A stretch of 52,960 bases of DNA from Catajapyx aquilonaris. Lineage: Eukaryota. A program made the translations under genes and the position numbers. The DNA is taken from the NCBI GenBank assembly GCA_000934665.2, contig JYFJ02002668.1, positions 1-52,960 of the forward strand, written 5' to 3'. Every line of letters begins with the position of its first letter. Within the stretch, counting starts at the first letter, position 1. Of the stretch, positions 24,801 to 38,266 are shown piece after piece. Under the pieces are notes generated by a model. The model was not told the origin of the DNA, did not search any database, and saw only the letters and a list, made by a program, of their open reading frames with translations.

Positions 24801-26876
24801 ATGCGTTCCTTAGGCCTATAGGAGCAATTCCAGAGTTACAGGCAACTGGTCGGCCCCTTAGTTCACGAGTTATGCGGTGTTGCCAACCTGATAAGGGAAC
24901 TAAGCGTTTTAACTCGGCACTTTGTGATAGGAAGGTGCCACTTGGCAGACATGTTCCCCAGGTCTGTAGGAGTCGTTTGAGACATGGCGGCACTTGATCG
25001 GCTACTTAGGTCAGGAGTTATTCGGTGTTGCCAACCTGGCCCTGGACCTAAGCGTTTTGTACCATTTTTAACTTTGCATTTTGGGATAAGAAGGTGCCAC
25101 TTGGCACATATGTTCCTTAGGCCTATATGAGCAATATCAGAGTTGCAGGCAACTGATCGGCCCCTTAGGTCGCAAGTTATGCGGTGTTGCCGTCAAAAAG
25201 GATGAAAATACCATTGAATGCAATCCACATATACACTAGTTTCCAGAAAATTACGCAAGTGACACATTTTCGCTATATTCAGGGTGCTTTGTGAATAGGT
25301 GTCACCTCATTACTTTGTAATATTAAGGTGGAGTAGATCTGTATCATTCTATACCATTTTAATGAGGTTTATCCAAGATTTACGAGGTTTCCATGTTTTG
25401 AGCCTGACTAGGTTGGCAACACCGCATAACTCCTGACCTAAGTAGCCGATCAAGTGCTGCCATCTCTCAAACGACTCCTACAGACCTAGGGAACATGTCT
25501 GCCAAGTGGCACCTTCCTATCACAAAGTGCCGAGTTAAAACGCATAGTTCCCTGATCAGGTTGGCAACACCGCATAACTCGTGAACTAAGGGGCCGACCA
25601 GTTGCCTGCAACTCTGGAATGGCTCCTATAGGCCTAAGGAACATATGTGCCAAGTGGCACCTTCTTATCCCAAAATGCAAAGTTAAAAATGGTACAAAAC
25701 GTTTAGGTCCAGGACCAGGTTGGCAACACCGCATAACTCCTGACCTAAGGACCCGATCAAGTGCTGCCATGTCTCAAACGACTCCTACAGGCCTAGGGAA
25801 CATATGTGCCAAGCGGTACCTTCTTATCACAAAATGCAACATTAAAAACGCTCAGGTCATCCCAGGCCATGTTGGCAACACCGCATAACTCGTGACCTAA
25901 GGGGCCGATCAGTTGCCTGCAACTCTGGAATTGCTCCTATAGGCCTAAGGAACACATATGCCAAGTGGCACCTTTTTCTCACAAAGTGCAAGGTTAAGGC
26001 GCTTAGGGCCCGGACTATGTTGAGGCGGTGAGCAAATGCATGCAGAGTATTTCCCAGCCAATGCAATGCAAAGGTGGGATTTCAGACGGTTCGCAAGGTA
26101 GTACGGAATCGTGGATAACAGTTCAGAATCACGGACGAAGGAAAGGGGTGGGGTGGGAGTACATATTGGGGGATGGGCATCATCACTGGCTATAAGTCGG
26201 AAGCGATTTAAAATGCAGTGTCCACCGCAGGCGTAAAAAAACCTGAGCGAAGCGAGCTGTTTTCTACGCCTGTGCCATAGAAAAATTCGAACGGAGCGAG
26301 GGTATTTCTAGTGTAGTATATGATCCCTGCCCATGGCCTGAACCCAGCATTGTGAAATATTGACATTTGCTGTACCAACCATAACTTCAAAACCTCATAC
26401 AAAATACAGGTAAAGCATTCCTCTACCTCAAGAGTGCTGTTGACTTGTCCTTCGGCCCGTCCTCCATTTCCTCCAAGAAGATCAAAACTTGCAGAAGTCC
26501 CTCCATGTTGATGCTGCTCTGACTGATGCTCTTCAATAGATACATCAGAGCTTCTTTCATGATCCAGTTCTGTAGGGAATGGAGAGCAACGGTATTGTTT
26601 AAGTTCCCACAAATGAAGTGGGGGAAAGAAAGGGCAGAAATTCCCAACTCTGAGTTACACACGACCTCCACCTGTCCTCATCCTCTCCTCCTGTTCCTTC
26701 AGGATGAACCCTTCTATCCTGGCCATCCTTTGGTCCATCTCAGTCATCCTCCTGTCCATCTGACCCATCCTCCTGTCCAGCTCTGCGATGGTCCTCTCAA
26801 TCCTGTCCGACTGAGTCAGGCTTCGCTCCAGGAGGGACACAATGTGGGGCAACCAGGTTGGTGGTTGGGTGGCCAT
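21894..26876 (-). CDS. G5: four-exon C2H2 zinc-finger protein (ZF exon 22631-21894) with a 3-kb nested TE insertion in intron 2
   Basis: Exons collinear with G4 and G6; ORFs open; finger 5 has CC in place of the core Phe and finger 6 ends HVRRC. Confidence 0.82.
23319..26329. mobile_element. hAT-like MITE expanded by nested insertions
   Basis: Termini CAAGGAGCATACTACA / TGTAGTATATGATCCCTG; CCCATGG(C) duplicated (7-8 bp); empty site CTAACCCATGGCCTGAACC in G4 and G6. Helitron-like 3' end ...GGTATTTCTAG|T at 26311; piggyBac-like end AAAGGGTTAA at ~24117. Confidence 0.82.
24421..26016. mobile_element. Foldback element with long TIRs built of ~150-160-bp subrepeats
   Basis: Arms ~24421-25190 and ~25410-26016; TTATGCGGTGTTGCC-type motif recurs at 24559, 24711, 24870, 25018, 25177; flanked by ATGTT on both sides. 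Confidence 0.85.
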
Positions 26877-27692
26877 GTCTCCCCACCAATTCCGACAAGT
26901 GGTACTGTACTGCAGAGATTCAGCCTGTCCAGAGGCCGGGAAGAGAAGAAACGAAGCGACGGGATGAGTTCAGAGGAGAGAAGAAATCAGTCAGAGGAGA
27001 TCACCTAAGCAGACGCCATGTTTGGGCGCATTCCGATCGACGCCACGTTGCCTCCACGGAACTGTTCGAAATGTCACACTCCTTGTTGAGCTTCACTAAT
27101 TTTACAGCTAAATGTCACCAGACATGAATCGAGTGAGGTGAACACAATCTGTGACCTGGAAAGCAGTAAACTCTGCGCATGTCAGGAGAGTGTGCACTTG
27201 ATTGTGTTAATGCGATTTTAGAAAATTAGTTAAAACTCTTGAACGCAGACTGAAAAAATCAATGGCTCGAATGTATTTGAACAGACAAATTTTTTATACA
27301 AATCTGTAACAAAATATGTTTCCTGTGATAAATTTTCTCAGCAACTTATCAGTTATCACCAACACAGTACATAACCCACATACAAGTAAGTGCAAGTCTT
27401 CCCTCAGGGTTAGCTTCTCCTGATCTTGTGTTTCCAGTTCTATTCTCCTGCTTATATGAAGGGGATTATTCATTAAAATTTGATACATCTCGTAATGAAC
27501 TCAGTGCACGTCAAACATTTGTTACAATAGTGTAAATAAACCAATAACATAAGTTGCTCCGTCTGAGCAGTAGCGCACAGTAGAAGTAGTGAAATGCGCT
27601 TTCCAGTACCCTGAAACCCCTGCATCATCATGTAAACTCAACAAATATTTCTTTCAAGGAATGTCCCCTAATATCCCAGGATTGAGAGTGGT

Positions 27693-29608
27693 TTAAGTCG
27701 CTGCATGACAATGTCGCACATGCTGATGCATGGCAGAATTCTGCGTGAACTGAAGATTGCAAATATGGCAAGAATACGGCTTTTCTCCTGTATGTATGCG
27801 CAGATGTTTCCTCAAATCAGATTTTGCAAGAAAATGTTTATGGCAGATATGACAACTGAATGGTTTCTCACCTGTGTGGATCATTCTGTGACTCTTCAGA
27901 TGATGAGTTCGGCTGAAAGCCTTCCCACACACTTCGCACTCATAAGGTCTTAAACCAAGATGAACAGTGTTCATATGACGAGATTGATGACATTTGTTTA
28001 AGCTGGCACCACACAATTTGCAGTAAAATTTTGATTTACTCACTCCTGAATGGACCTTGCCATGTGCTGAATGGGTCAGCTGGTGAGAAACAAACGCTTT
28101 CTTTTCAACGGTAGCATATGTACAGACTTTGCAACAGAAAGTTGCAGGTTTTGTAGTCCCTTTCTCTCCCTTTCCTCTCCTCTTGCATCTCAGTAGGGTC
28201 CTCTCAGTCTCATTTGCATGGAGATGCTCTGGAGATGCACTTCCTCCAGAGGATTCTTCCTGCACCACAAAGCTGTTTTGTTGTTCTGACCGAGAAGACT
28301 GCATAACCACCTCATCTTCTTCAACTCGAAATGCATGCGACTTGACACATTCTTCCAGAGCAGATGGAATGTTGAAAGTCTTGTTGCAGATTCCACATTG
28401 AAAAGGATCCCTGCAGGGCAGCTGGCTCTTGGGATATAAATGGATAAAAATTTGTGTCAACAAGTATGACTCAGTTGCACAACATACAATTCAAAATTCA
28501 ACAGCCAATAGGGCACACTGTGGAATCCTCATGCAGTCATGAGTGGGTTGTGGTGGTTAAGAAATGGTGGATGCTGGGCTCTAATTCCTATCTGAATTTG
28601 ACACATTAAAATCGGTTTGGTTTTCCCCCCATAATAAACAAGCCAGGTACTTGCATATTGTAGTTTCCCCAAGTTAATACACTCACATTCTCATGTCCAT
28701 AAGCATGAAATTCCATTTGTCCACTGCAGGAATCACCCACTTCATTACTCTGGTAGAGGGATGGGATTTCAGTTACACAGCAATCAATATCAACCCCTCT
28801 TTCCTCATTTACTTGAATCAAAAGTTCAGCTGTCTCCTGCTTCCAGTTATCCTGGGGGGAAAAAAATCATTAATTTCAATGTAAAGCAGCAAAATGCCTT
28901 TGCACTGCAACAGGCATACATACTGAAATGGGGAAACCCAACTATTTCGTGTGATATCAGGCAATACGTCTGTTGAATGAAATGCTCAGTCTCCACAACC
29001 TCTTCTTTTTGCTCAACAAAATTTAGATTGGTTATTAAAATAGACAAATACAAAAAACTCGGGAATCAAAGATGGCTGTGTCATAACTTAACCAAATGCC
29101 TAACCCATGGCCTGAACCCAGCATCGTGAAAAATTGACATTTTCTGGACTTACCATAACGTCAAAACCTCATACAAAATACAGGTAAAGCATTCCTCTAC
29201 CTCAAGAGTGCTGTTGACTTGTCCTTCGGCCCGCCCTCCATTTCCTCCAAGAAGATCAAAACTTGCAGAAGTTCCTCCATGTGGATGCTGCTCTGACTGA
29301 TGCTCTTCGATAGATACATCAGAGCTTCTTTTATGATCCAGTTCTGTAGGGAATGGAGAGCAACGGTATTGCTTAAGTTCCCACAAATGAAATGGGGGAA
29401 AGAAAGGGATTGAATTCCCAACTCTGAGTTACACACGACCTCCACCTGTACTCATCCTCTCTTCCTCATCCTTCAGGATGAACCCTTCAATCCTGGCCAT
29501 CCTTTGGTCCATCTCTGCGATGCTCCTCTCAATCCTGTCCGACTGAGTCAGGCTTCGTTCCAGGAGGGACACAATGTGGGGCAGCAAGGTGTGTCCTTGG
29601 GTGGCCAT
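27693..29608 (-). CDS. G6: four-exon C2H2 zinc-finger protein (ZF exon 28427-27693)
   Basis: Exon 1 MATQGHTLLPHIVSLLERSLTQSDRIERS read manually; finger 3 has a one-codon deletion (CKLCGASLNKCHQSRH). Confidence 0.85.
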
Positions 29609-31484
29609 GTCTCCTCACCAATTCCGACAAGTGGTACTGTACTGCAGAGATTCAGGTTCAGCCCCCTGGTTCAGCCTGTCCAGAGTCCGTGAGGAGAGGA
29701 AACGAAGCGACGGGAGTTCAGAGGAGAGAAGAAAGAAAGGAAAAGGAGAGAGAAGCAGAACTAAACAGACGCCATGTTTGGGCGCATTCCGATCGACGCC
29801 ACGTTGCCTCCACGGAACTGTTCGAAATGTCACACTCCTTGTTGAGCTTCACTAATTTTACAGCTAAATGTCACCAGACATGAATCGAATGAGGTGAACA
29901 CAATCTGTGACCTGGAAAGCAGTAAACTCAGTGCATGTCAGGAGAGAGTGCACTTGATTGTGTTAATGCGATTTTAGAAAAGTAGTTAAAACTCTTGAAG
30001 GCAGACTGGAAAAAACAATGGCTCATGTATTTGAACAGTCACATTATATTTTTCATACAAATTATCCGTAACAAAATATGTTTCCTGATACATTTTCTCA
30101 GCAACTTATCACCAACACTACAGTACATAACCCACATACAAGTAAGTGCAAGTCTTCCCTCAGGGTCAGCTTCTCCTTATCTTGTGTTTCCAGTTCTATT
30201 CTCCTGCTTACATGAAGGGGATTATTCATTAGATTTTGACACATCTCGTAATGAACTCAGTGCATGTCAAACATTTGTTACAATAGTGTAAATAAACCAA
30301 TATCGTAAGTTGCGGGTTTCTTTTCTGTATGTAAACATGATTATGACGGCCTGCCCCCCCCCCCCCCCCCCCNCCCCCTATATTGGCAATTACCACAGGG
30401 GGTACCACAAATAAATAAATAAATAAATATCGTAAGGTGCTCCAACTGAGCAGGAGCACACAGCGGAAGTAGTGAAATGCGCTTTCCTGTACCCTGACAG
30501 AAGTTTTGCAAACAGTTCTCTGTCACTAGGATCGTCATCATTTCCAACTGCATGACTATAATGAAGTAATGCTGATACTGTTGCAATCAAGGTAGCAATC
30601 TGTCTTTTTTTTAAAAAAAATTTGATTTCATACTTGGAAATAGGAATCCCAGTCAAGATTATTTCCTACTTTTCCGAAGGGGGCCATACCTGTCAGTGGG
30701 ACTCAAGTAATATGCATTTTAACCAGTGCCAGGCTGTCGCAATAGTTACTGTCGGCAGCTCTTGCTGGCGGTATCTCACTGAGGAGAGAGGGAAGATTGT
30801 GAGAGTCGGTTAAAAATTAAGGCACCATCAATGAGTGGAATCTTCACTTCCAGAACATGGGAGCCTATACAAGTAATTTTAACATTTTTCCACATCCCAA
30901 CATATCATTCCATAATCATAGGGGGTCTCAGCGTGAAGCCCGATTACTTCATTATCGACTGGTTAGAAGACGTTTTATTTATTTTATCGACAGTCTCTGG
31001 AGGGCCCAGCCTGATTTTTGGCAGTCGCCTAGAACATGACCTGGCCTTTCATATGACATATCAATTTTCAAAATCGAAGATGCATCAATTCCTGAAAAAC
31101 TAGGTCAAAGGTCACATTACGAAAATCCATGGCACGGAGCAGAAATTGCGTAAGATTTTTATTAAAGTGGCTTGTTATGATTCCTCTAACTGTGATCTAC
31201 GCGTAGACATGCTCACCATCCAAATACAACCAATAGAAAAAACGTTATTCAAGAAAATGTCTGAAAAACCGCGATGCGTGCTGCCCGATGGTAACAATTT
31301 CCGTGACTTACCACCCCAAACAGGTCAAACCAATTAATGCGAAATTTGGTCCGATGCCATATCTCTATGAACCCTACAACTCTGCCAAATTTCGCCAAAA
31401 TCGGAGATGGGGGGGGGGGAATTCTTACGGCAAAGTGATTGAATTGACATGGACTTACCCTAATATCCCAGGATTGAGAGTGGT

Positions 31485-33427
31485 TTAAGTTGCCGCATGA
31501 AAATGGCGCACATGTTGATGCATGGTAGAATTCTGCGTGAACTGAAGATTGCAAAATTGGCAAGAATACGGCTTTTCTCCTGTGAGTATGCACAGATGTT
31601 TCCTCAAATCAGATTTTGCATGAAAAAGATTATGGCAGAAATGACAACTGAATGGTTTCTCACCTGTGTGGACCATTCTGTGGCGCTTCAGATGATACGG
31701 TCGGCTGAAAGGCTTTCCACACACTTCACACTCATAAGGTCTTAACCCAAGGTGAACAGTTTTCATGTGATGAGATCGATGATAATTGGTGGTGAAGCCG
31801 GCACCACACAATTTGCAGTAAAATTTTGATTTACTCACTCCTGAATGGACCTTACCATGTGCTGAATGGGTCAGCTTGTGAGAAACAAACGCTTTCTTTT
31901 CAACGGTAGAATATGTACAGACTTTGCAACAGAACGTTGCAGGTTTTGTAGTCCCTTTCTCTCCCTTTCCTCTCCTCTTGCATCTCAGTAGGGTCCTCTC
32001 AGTCTCATTTGCCTGGAGATGCTCTGGAGTTGCACTTCCTCCAGAGGATTCTCCCTGCACCACAAAGCTGCTTTGTTGTCCTAACTCAGAAACCTCCATA
32101 ACCTCCTCTTCCTCTTCAACTTTCACTTCATGAGATTTGACACATTCTTCCAAAGCAGATGGAATGTTGAAAGTCTTGTTGCAGATTCCACATTGAAAAG
32201 GGTCACTGGATGGCAGCTGGCTCTTTGGATATAAATGGATAAAATATTTTGTCAACAAGTATGACTCAGTTACAAAACATACACTTCAAAATTCAACATC
32301 TGTTGAGCCAATAGGCCACACTGTGGAATCCTCATGCAGTCATGAGTGGGTTGTGGTGGTTAAGAAATGGCGGATGATGGACTCTAATTCCTATCTGAAT
32401 TTGACATATTAAAATTGGTTTGGTTTCCCCCCCATAATAAACAAGCCAGGTACGTGCATAACGTAGTTTCCCCAAGTTAATACACTCACATTCTCATGTC
32501 CATACGCACGAAATTCCATTTGTCCACTGAAGGAATCACCCACATCATTACTCTGGTAGAGGGATGGGATTTCAGTTACACAGCAATCAATATCAACCCC
32601 TCGTTCCTCATTTCCTTGCATCAAAAGTTCAGCTGTCTCCTGCTTCCAGTTATCCTGGGGGGAAAAAATCATTAATTTCAATGTAGAGCAGCAAAATGCC
32701 TTTGTACTGCAACAAGCCTACACACTGAAATGGGGAAACCCAACTATTTCGTGTGATATCAGGCAATACGTCTGTTGAATGAAATGCTCATTCTCCACAA
32801 CCTCTTCTTTTTGCCCAACAACCTTTAGAATGGTTATTAAAATAAACAAACACAAAAAACTTGGGAATCAAAGATGGCTGTGTCATAATTGAACCAAGTG
32901 CCTAACGTGCCCTAACCCATGGCCTAGCTGAACCCAGCATTGTGAAAAATTGACATTTGCTGCATCTACCATAAATCGAAACCTTATACGAAATACAGGT
33001 AAAGCATTCCTCTACCTCTAGAGAGCTGTTGACTTGTCCTTCAGCCAGTCCCAAGTTTCCTCCCACAAGATCAAAACTTGCAGAAGTCCCTTGATGCATA
33101 AGCTGCTCTGACTGATGATCTTCAATCGTCGCATCAGAGCTTCTTTCATGATGCAATTCTGTAGGGAGTAGAGAGTAACAGTAGCCTATTGCATATGTTC
33201 CCACAAATGCAATGGGCATAGAGAGGGCTTGAATATTTCACCAAACCTTCTTCATGAGTAGTGCTGCTCCTCCCCTTCTCCTCCTGTTCCTTCAGGATGA
33301 ACCCTTCTATCCTGGCCATCCTCCTGTCCATCTCTGCCATGGTCCTCTCCATCCTGTCGGTCTGAGCCAGGCTTCGTTCCAGGAGGGACACAATGTGGGG
33401 CAACCAGGTTGGTTGTTGGGTGGCCAT
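31485..33427 (-). CDS. G7: four-exon C2H2 zinc-finger protein (ZF exon 32222-31485)
   Basis: Open exons; finger 5 has lost its second His (KHLCILTGEKP). Confidence 0.85.
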
Positions 33428-34413
33428 GTCCTCCTCACCAATTCCACGAACAAGCAGGGCAGTCTTGAAGAGGGGAGAATGATGAGCCAGTGTCCAGAGG
33501 AAGGGAGGAAACGAAGCGATGGGAGCAGAGGAGAGAAGAAAATGATAGGAAAATGGGAGAGGAAAACCCGAATTAATCAGACGCCATGTTTGGCGCATTC
33601 GAATCGACGCCACGTTGCCTCCTAGGAACTGTTAAAAATTTTGGAAAGAGAAAAAAAACATTATTTGACTTGAACTTCACAATAACTCTGGCGCACTTAA
33701 AACATGAAATGACTTAGTCTTCTGGCATTAATTTCACAATGCTCAAGAGGTCATAAGGCTGACCATACTGGATCAAGTTACAAAATGCCATCTTAAGATG
33801 TACAGTACCAGCTCTTGGATGTACAGTACTCATATCATGATTCATGTGAAGCAGCTAGGAGAGGTGACATAATATTATAGTAATTACAGTACATAATCTG
33901 GAAAGGAAACTCGGTGCATGTCACACCTGATTGAATTAGTGTGACAAACAAGAATAGATAAAACTCTTCAATGTGGGCTGGAAAGATCATTTACATGTGC
34001 ATTCGAATGGACAAATATTTCATACAAATCAATAATTACAAATGTGTGCTGAAAATTTTAGTGCACATGTGTACAAATTATCACAAACATTAATACACAA
34101 CTTATAATTCGTCTTGCCTCAAGGTCAGCTTGTCATGGTATTGCATTTCACTAGCAATCTCTTGCATATTTATGCGGTGTTTGACCTTCGCTTTAAAATG
34201 TGCAATATTGAACTTGGTATACATGTCAATTTCAAAAAAAGTTTAAATTAAACAATAACTGGAGTTGTAACCACTGACAATGAGTAATCACATACAGTAG
34301 CAGCAGTGAAAAGAAGTTTCACATACCATGACAAGTTATTCTGTGACATTTTGGAATCTCGCAAAGTTTTCGTTGCTGGGAAAGTCACCCGATACATGAG
34401 GATTGGGCGTGGT

Positions 34414-36496
34414 TCAAGTTGTTCCATGAATACGTTGCACATGTTGAGTCATGCTCTGCTTCACAGTGAACTTACGATTGCAATATTCGCAAGAATAAGG
34501 CTTTTCCCCGGTATGTTTGCGCAAATGCTTACTTGCATTAGATTTCGTAGCAAAACATTTATTGCACACGGGACAACTGAATGGTTTCTCACCAGTGTGA
34601 ACTAGTCTGTGACGCTTCAGATCATGAGATTTGCTGAAAGCCATCAGACATACCTCACACTGGTAAGGTTTTAATGCAAGGTGAACAGCTTTCATATGAT
34701 CAGATTGAGATCCTCTAGTGGTGAAACTGGCACCACACAATTTACAGGAAAATTTTGATTCACTCCCTCCTGGATTCACCTCACTGTCAGCTGAATGGAC
34801 CAACTTATGAGAATCAAATTCTCCCATTTCATTGGTAGCATATGAACAGACACTGCAACAGAATAAAGCAGGTTTTGTAGCCTCTCCCTCTCCTCTCCTG
34901 TTGCATCTTAATAGGGTCTTCTGAGTCTCATTTTCCTGGAGATGTTCTGGAGATGCACTGTCTCCAGAGTATTCTCCTTGTACCACAAATATGTTTTGCT
35001 GTCCTGACTGAGAAACTTCCATAACCTCCTCTTCATCTTCTACTTTCACTTCATGGGACCTGACACATTCTTCCAGAGATGATGGAGTGTTGAAAGTCTT
35101 TCTGCAAAAGCCACATTGAAAAACCTCCTCGGAGGGCAGCTGGCTCTTTGAATACAAATAGAGAATAATTAGTGTCAACTTGAATACTTATCTGAATTTG
35201 AGACATTGCAATTGGGTTTCCCCCCTCCCCAGAATAAATAAGCCAGTTACGATAACTTATTGTTGGTGTTATATCACATATTTTTGGAAGCTTGATTGTG
35301 TCACATTCCTACTATAATCACTCATAACAGCTCTCCAATTTCGATATGATCCTCTTACATGCAGCATCCCAGTAACCATGCATAATGTAGTCGTCCTGAA
35401 GCAATACACTCACATTCTCATGTCCAGATCCGTGCAATACCACTTGTCCACTGAAGAAACCTTCCACTTCATTACTCTGGTAGAGAGATGGGTTTTCAGT
35501 TATGGAGCAACCAATATCAGCCTCTCTTCCTTCATTTTCTTGCTTCGAAAATTCAGTCATCTCTCCCTTCCAGTTTCCCTGATGAAAAATAACTTCATTA
35601 GTTTCAATGGAAAACAGCAAAATATACCTTTGCATTGCAACAACCATAAGTACTTCAATGGGGAAACCCAATAATTTTGTGTGATTAGGGAATACTTCTG
35701 TAGAACCAATTATCCTTTACAGCTCATTCACAAAACTTCTTTGTACTAAACAAGCTCCCGAGCGGTTTAAAAAAATGTTGGGAATCAAAAATGGATATGT
35801 CATACTTTTAGACCCCAAAATTGCCTGAAATGAAGCATGATGAAAAATTGACATAATTTGCTGGATGTACCATAAGCCTGAAAACCCCATAATAAACACA
35901 AATAAAGCTTATTACCTCTACCTCTAAATTGCTCTTCACTTGTCCTTTGAACTGTCCGAAGTTTCTTCCAAGAACATCAAAACTTGCGGATGTTTCTTGA
36001 TGTAGACGCTGCCCTGATTGACGATCTTCAATAGTTGCATCAGAGCTTCTTTCGTGATGCAGATCTGTACAGAACAGAGAGTAAAGGCCATTTCACAAAA
36101 AAAATGTCGCGCGGCAAACGGCGCGACTTGCGGCAAATTTTTATTTATATTTATTGTTGCCAATTGTTGGCAACAATAAAATTTGCCGCAAGTCGCGCCG
36201 TTTGCCGCGCGACATTTTTTTTGTGAAATGGCCTTAACGCACAGTACTGTATACAAATGTAATGAGAAATTACAGGGTTTGAATTTGGATCTGTAAAAAT
36301 AGTTTTATGGGCAGGAACCTTCATCATCAGGTGTCCTCCTCTTCCTCTCTTCCTCTTCCCTCAGGATGAACCCTTCTATCCTGGCCATCCTCCTGTCCAT
36401 CTCTGCCATGGTCCTCTCAATCCTGTCGGTCTGAGCCAGGCTTCTTTCCAGGAGGGACACAATGTGGGGCAACCAGGTTGGTTGTTGGGTGGCCAT
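34414..36496 (-). CDS. G8: four-exon C2H2 zinc-finger protein (ZF exon 35145-34414)
   Basis: Open exons, canonical splice sites, six fingers. Confidence 0.88.
36085..36234. mobile_element. PIF/Harbinger (Tourist-like) MITE in intron 1 of G8
   Basis: Same family as 12524-12674; TAA TSD; paralogs show an empty GAGTAA site. Confidence 0.88.
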
Positions 36497-37338
36497 GTCC
36501 TCCTCAGCAGTGCCACCAACAAGCAGGGCAGTCTTGAAGAGGGGAGAATGATGAGCCAGTGTCCAGAGGAAGGGAGGAAACGAAGCGATGGGAGCAGAGG
36601 AAAGAAGATAAAAAAGAGAAAAAACTAGAACTAATCGGACGCCATGTTGGGCGCATTCGTATCGACGCCACATTGCCTCTTAGGAACTGTTCAGATTATT
36701 ATTAGGCTTGAACTTCACATATTTCGCATTAAATCTTCCTACATTAATTTGACCTTACTTTGGCTAAAGTTTGCTAATTGAATCAAATGTTGTATTCACA
36801 TTCAGCAGGTGACGGAGGTGCCACCATCAGTTATTATTATCTGAAAAGCAAACTCAGTTCATGTCACACGTAACTGATGAAGAAAAGTGAACGAATTAAA
36901 TTGGTTATAACTCTTCAGTGTGGGCTGGAAAAATCCATGCCATGCCATGTATTTCAATAGTAGTAATAAATTCCAAACAAACCATTAAAAATGGCTGCTG
37001 AAAATTAATGTGCATTTTCAGAAACATTTATACATAACACATAATTAAGTCTTTCCTAAAGGTCAGCTTGTCCTGATCTTGCATGAAGAATTATTCCTTA
37101 CATTTTGACTTATCATACTGAACTGAATATGTGCCAAAACTTATGTATGGAATACAGGAAGTAGTATCCGTCTTACCCCAAGTACTGCTGTTTCACATTA
37201 ACGCCTGTTTTAAAGATGCATTTGATGATTTTTTAATTTAAATTTTTTTACACATTTGAAGATGACTACAAAATCTACACATAAACACATCACTGCATCA
37301 CTTCTGAATCCAAACACACCACCGTAAAATTATTGTCT

Positions 37339-38229
37339 CTAAAGGTTTTCTTGCTGGGAAATTTCACTGACACCTCTAGATTGAGTGTGGCTTGCAGTTG
37401 CTTTATGAACACATCGCACATGGTTATTCATGGTAGAATTCTGCTTGAACTGAAGATTGCAAAATTGGCAAGAATACGGCCTTTCTCCTGTATGTATGCT
37501 GCGCAGATGTTTATTCAAATCAGATTTTGAACGAAAAGGACTACGGCACACATGACAACTGAATGGTTTCTCACCAGTGTGGACCATTCTGTGAATCTTC
37601 AGATGCTGAGGTCGGCCAAAAGCCTTCCCACATACCTCACACTGGTAAGGTTTTAACCCAAGGTGTACAGTTTTCAAATGCAAAGATTGATAATGTTTTG
37701 TGGTGAAGCTGGCACCACACACTTTGCAGCAAAATTTTGATTTACTCTCTCCTGGATGGACCTTACCATGTGCTGAATGGGTCAGCTGATGGGTAGCAAA
37801 ATCTACCTTTTCATTGGTAGCATATGAACAGACTTTGCAACAGAATAAAGCAGGTTTTGTAGCCCCTTGCTCCCTAGTTCCTTTCCTTTTGCATCTTAAT
37901 AGGGTACGCTCTGTCTCATTTGCCTGGAGATGCTCTGGAGATGCACTTCCTCCAGAGGATTCTCCCTGTACCGCAAAGATGTTTTGTTGTCCTAACTCAG
38001 AAACCTCCATAACCTCCTCTTCCTCTTCAACTTTCACTTCATGAGACTTGACACATTCTTCCAGAGCAGATGAAATGTTGAAGGTCTTGTTGCAGATTCC
38101 ACATTGAAAAGGGTCCCTGGAGGGCAGCTGGCTCTTTGGATACAAATAGACAAGAATTAGTGGCAACAAGTTATGAAAATCCTGCTCCTACTCCTAAGGC
38201 ACGATTTCTCTCTCTCCGACACCCACTCC

Positions 38230-38266
<37 letters not shown>

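Noticed and set aside
24262..26066. ORFs of 69-144 aa in the foldback arms
   Set aside because: Products of tandem and inverted repeats; no transposase motifs.
23055..30380. G/C homopolymer runs with an N at 23064 and 30373 as G-quadruplex elements
   Set aside because: Ambiguous bases show low-quality sequence; run lengths are unreliable.
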